Assembly: GCF_046119375.1 (NCBI RefSeq)
Contig: NW_027362765.1
Location: 205,840,001 to 205,904,000 of the forward strand
Source: Phyllobates terribilis
Taxonomy: Eukaryota
DNA length: 64,000 bases
Direction: 5' to 3'
The first letter of the stretch is position 1, and the number at the start of each line of letters is the position of its first letter. Positions 60,849 to 64,000 of the stretch are shown here, piece by piece. The notes below the pieces were generated by a model. It did no database searches. It saw only the letters and a list, made by a program, of their open reading frames with translations, and had not been told where the DNA came from. The position numbers and the translations under genes were made by a program.

Positions 60849-62209
60849 GTGTGTATCCTATTTCTTCTATACTATTCAAAGTAGGCACAGACTGCTCAGG
60901 AAAAGTCTACAAGAACTCATAAAGAAGTGTAGATTTTATTCTTCGGTGGATCAGCACTTTGAGCAGTTTGCAGTTTTATTCTTATGGGTTAACCTGTGCG
61001 AACTTTATCTCTGACAGCTCTCCTGTGTATTACAGAACAGAAAAAGTGCCATGTATTACAACACAGCAGCTGTTATTCTGTCCCATGAAGTGTGCCATCA
61101 TAGGAGAAGATCAGGTGGTGTCACCTACTGGTCAAAGTACAGCAGTCCAAACCTATTCACAAGCTTTCTAGCAAGAAAAAAAAATCACTTTGAGCAAGGC
61201 ACTGTAATATTCAGCAAAGCACAGTTTGTATTTTCAATGGCAAACTAAATATGTTATTCAAAAATGAATGAATTCTTATGTATCTTGCCAAAACGATGGC
61301 ATTTTGCATTAATTTTAGCCCAATAGTTCATATTTAGCAGCAATTGTATTTTAAAGAAAAAAATTCATGCAGTTCTGCATAGTGTGGAAGAGATGAAAGA
61401 AATAAGAGCCATAATTATACCCTTAGTTGTCCTGTGCCCAGATAAGATGAAATAATATACTATTTGCAGGAACTGATTTAGGGTAAGCAAGGCCTTGGGC
61501 AGTTTAGAGTGTGTGGGACCCCTGTCACCGGATGTATCGTGATATGATGATGGGCGGGGTCATGTGATAGTTCATGTGATTAATAATAATGATGGACATC
61601 TGAGCGACATCTGAGCGACATCTGCTCGAGATGCTCGGTGCTCAGCGAGTATTTCTGGGTTGCTCGGGCGGGAGCTCGGGTCCTCGCCCTGCATGTTTGG
61701 AGCTCTTTAGAGAGCCAATGAACATGCAGGGATTGCCTGCCACTCACTGTAATGCCGTAGCCATGTTGGGTGTGGCATTACAGTGATTGGCTGGCCGCAA
61801 TCTATATAAGACCTGGTGACCCTATGCTCATCACAGTATAACCTTCAGACAGGCAGAGTAGGGATAGCTGCTGCTTTGTGAGGGACAGAATTGGCTGTGT
61901 AATAGTTAGGTATAGGTATTCCACATCAGGGTACATATCCATCTGAACTAACAGAATCCAGCTGCATATATTCAGTGGTGATAGCAGGAGTTAGGCAGGC
62001 AGAGATTGTGAACACTATACAGCACAATAGAGTCCATTGCGCGTTCTGTCTGGTGCTGCTGCTGCCTGTTACAGATAGCCATTGGACTAGATATCAGGGC
62101 TCATTTTTGCTCTTAATCCTGATTATTTTCTCAAAAAGAAATAGATTTCAACATTTTACTGCTCCATTTGCTTGTTTGCACTGCAGAATACAGTCAGATC
62201 TTTTCCATC

Positions 62210-62620
62210 ATCAGATGTGATCCCATATTACTACGGTACAAATCCAGCCATTTGTAGGGACCGTGTAAAATATTATCCTCCTTTTACAGTTTGGCAGCAG
62301 TGTGTTAGTGAAGCTATTCACACATGGTTGCTGACAATATTTGTAAACTACAAGGCCGGTATTTAAAATCATGGGCGTCCATCAGACGCATCCCATATGA
62401 CTGCGGTACAAATCCAGCAATTTGTAAGGACCGTACCAAATATTATCCTCCTTTTACAGTTTGGCAACAGTGTCTCGGTGAAGCTATTCACACGTGGTCG
62501 CTACCAATAATTGTAAACTACAAGGCAGGTATTTAAAACCGTGGGCGTCCGTCAGACTCATCCCATATAACTGCGGTACAAATCCAGCCATTTGTAGGGA
62601 CCGTGCCAAATATTATCCTC
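62210..62620 (+). repeat. 170-bp tandem repeat (~2.4 copies) upstream of the hAT transposase
   Basis: tcccata at 62221, 62391 and 62561. Confidence 0.9.
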
Positions 62621-62628
62621 CATTTAAA

Positions 62629-64000
62629 ATGGGCAATGTGAGTGTCAGGGGACGGGGAAGCAGACGTGATGGTGATGGTGCATGCAGAGGCTGAGCGAAT
62701 GGCCAAGCTGAAATTGTGCCATAACAAGCACCCACATCTTGTCACCCGGCCTTCCTGTCCCAATTACTAGGTGACCGCAGCACACCACTATTGAACCCAG
62801 AGCAGTGTCGAAAGGTTGTTGATTGGATAGCAGATAATGCTTCCAGTCATTTTGCCACCACCACCACCACCCTTTCTTTCACATGGTCAAGTTTCAGTAG
62901 CCGTGAGTCTGGACCGCATATTCCTCACCCTGATACTCCTTCCTCCCACCATGCCGAGTGCCCGGAGACAACTGATCCCACACTTGGACACTCCGAAGAG
63001 CTGTTCACTTTTCCATTTATAGATTCGGGCCTCTCAACCGACCCGTTTCAAGCAGGGCAAGAGAAGATCGCATGTAGCGATGCCCAAATATTTGAGCAGC
63101 CACGATCACATGAAGGCGATTGTGGGAAACTGTCACAAGAGGTGGATGATGATGAGACACAATTGCCAGAAAGTCAGGAGGAGGACCAGGGTGAGGAAGT
63201 GGAAGATGAGGTGGTGGAAGATGAAGTCTCTGACCCAACCTGGCAAGGTGACATGCAGAGCGAGGACAGCAGCACACAGTGGGAGGGAGGCATAGCACCA
63301 AAGCAGGCAGGAACAAACAGTGAAGTGGCCACAGACACAAGAAGGGCAACTGTTCCCCGGAACACAAACAAGACGGAAGTTGCCAGTACATCTGTTAGGT
63401 CTTCCCGAGTCTGTTTTTTTCTTAAAGACTGTGCAGAAAACCCCAAAAAGGCCATTTGCACTACCTGCCAGGCCACCATCAGCAGGGGTAGCAAAACTAA
63501 AAGCCTGACCATCACCAGCATGCTCAGGCACATGACAGCAAAGCACCCGACTAGGTGGGCCGAACAGTGTCTGCAGGGTGAAACCACTGCTTGTTCCGCT
63601 GTTGTGCGTGCACGCCAATCCCCTGTCCATAGCGCATGCGAAGATGACTCTCGCCCTGCACCTGTCATTGCGCACTCGCAACTACCACCATCAGCAAGCT
63701 TGTCCCAGCGCAGCATTCAGTTGTCTATACCCCAGTCATTGGAACGCAAGCACAAATACGCAGCCACCCACTCACAGGCCACACTACTAAACTCGCACCT
63801 TTCTCGAATGCTTGCGCTCGAAATGTTGCCTTTTAGGCTCGTGGAGACAGAAGATTTCCACAATCTGATGGCGGCGGCCGTCCCTTGGTCCCCAGCCGCC
63901 ACTATTTTTCCCGGTGTGCCGTCCCCGCATTACACAAGCACGTGTCCCAGAACATTAGCTGTACCCTCAACAACGCAGTTACTGGGAAGGTCCACATAAC
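62629..64000 (+). pseudogene. hAT transposase with BED zinc finger, disrupted
   Basis: The ATG at 62629 is in frame with ORF 62791 but has stops at 62692 and 62722. BED finger AICTTC...SMLRHMTAKH, then LALEMLPFRLVETEDF. A frameshift near 63885 restores VPSRHYFSRCAVPALHKHV. Confidence 0.88.

Larger units (their letters stand above)
61590..64000 (+). mobile_element. hAT (Ac/ZBED-like) DNA transposon, 5' part, cut by the window end
   Basis: Subterminal gctcgg/gagcga repeats, 170-bp tandem repeats and a BED-finger transposase. No clear TIR was seen. Confidence 0.8.

Overview
This is vertebrate DNA, most likely a hyloid frog; that assignment is inferred from the repeat families and is not proven. 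The window holds the 3' part of the HMG-box gene TOX2 on the + strand. Six coding exons, homologous to human exons 4-9, lie at 33256-53193 and give 370 codons plus stop; 1-33255 is probably one long intron. The introns are filled with transposons. These include a full-length CR1 LINE with a 4x127-bp monomer 5' UTR nested in a mariner, four full-length decayed Tc1 copies, a solo LTR, a Helitron-like minisatellite carrier, a 55-bp satellite with higher-order structure, a pogo-like element with a ~780-bp foldback and many MITEs. A very young non-autonomous LTR retrotransposon sits 82 bp after exon 8. Downstream of TOX2 are a 332-bp hammerhead-containing repeat and a decayed hAT/BED transposase. 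The strongest leads are: (1) the LTR element, which shows a Tf1/sushi-type self-priming signature and one 699-aa Gag-capsid/57-aa-repeat ORF; (2) the retrozyme or satellite-2-like repeat with an snRNA-type octamer; (3) the CR1 promoter monomers, its in-phase UUUAAAC slippery site, and a splice acceptor in frame with TOX2. No tRNA, rRNA or CRISPR features were seen.
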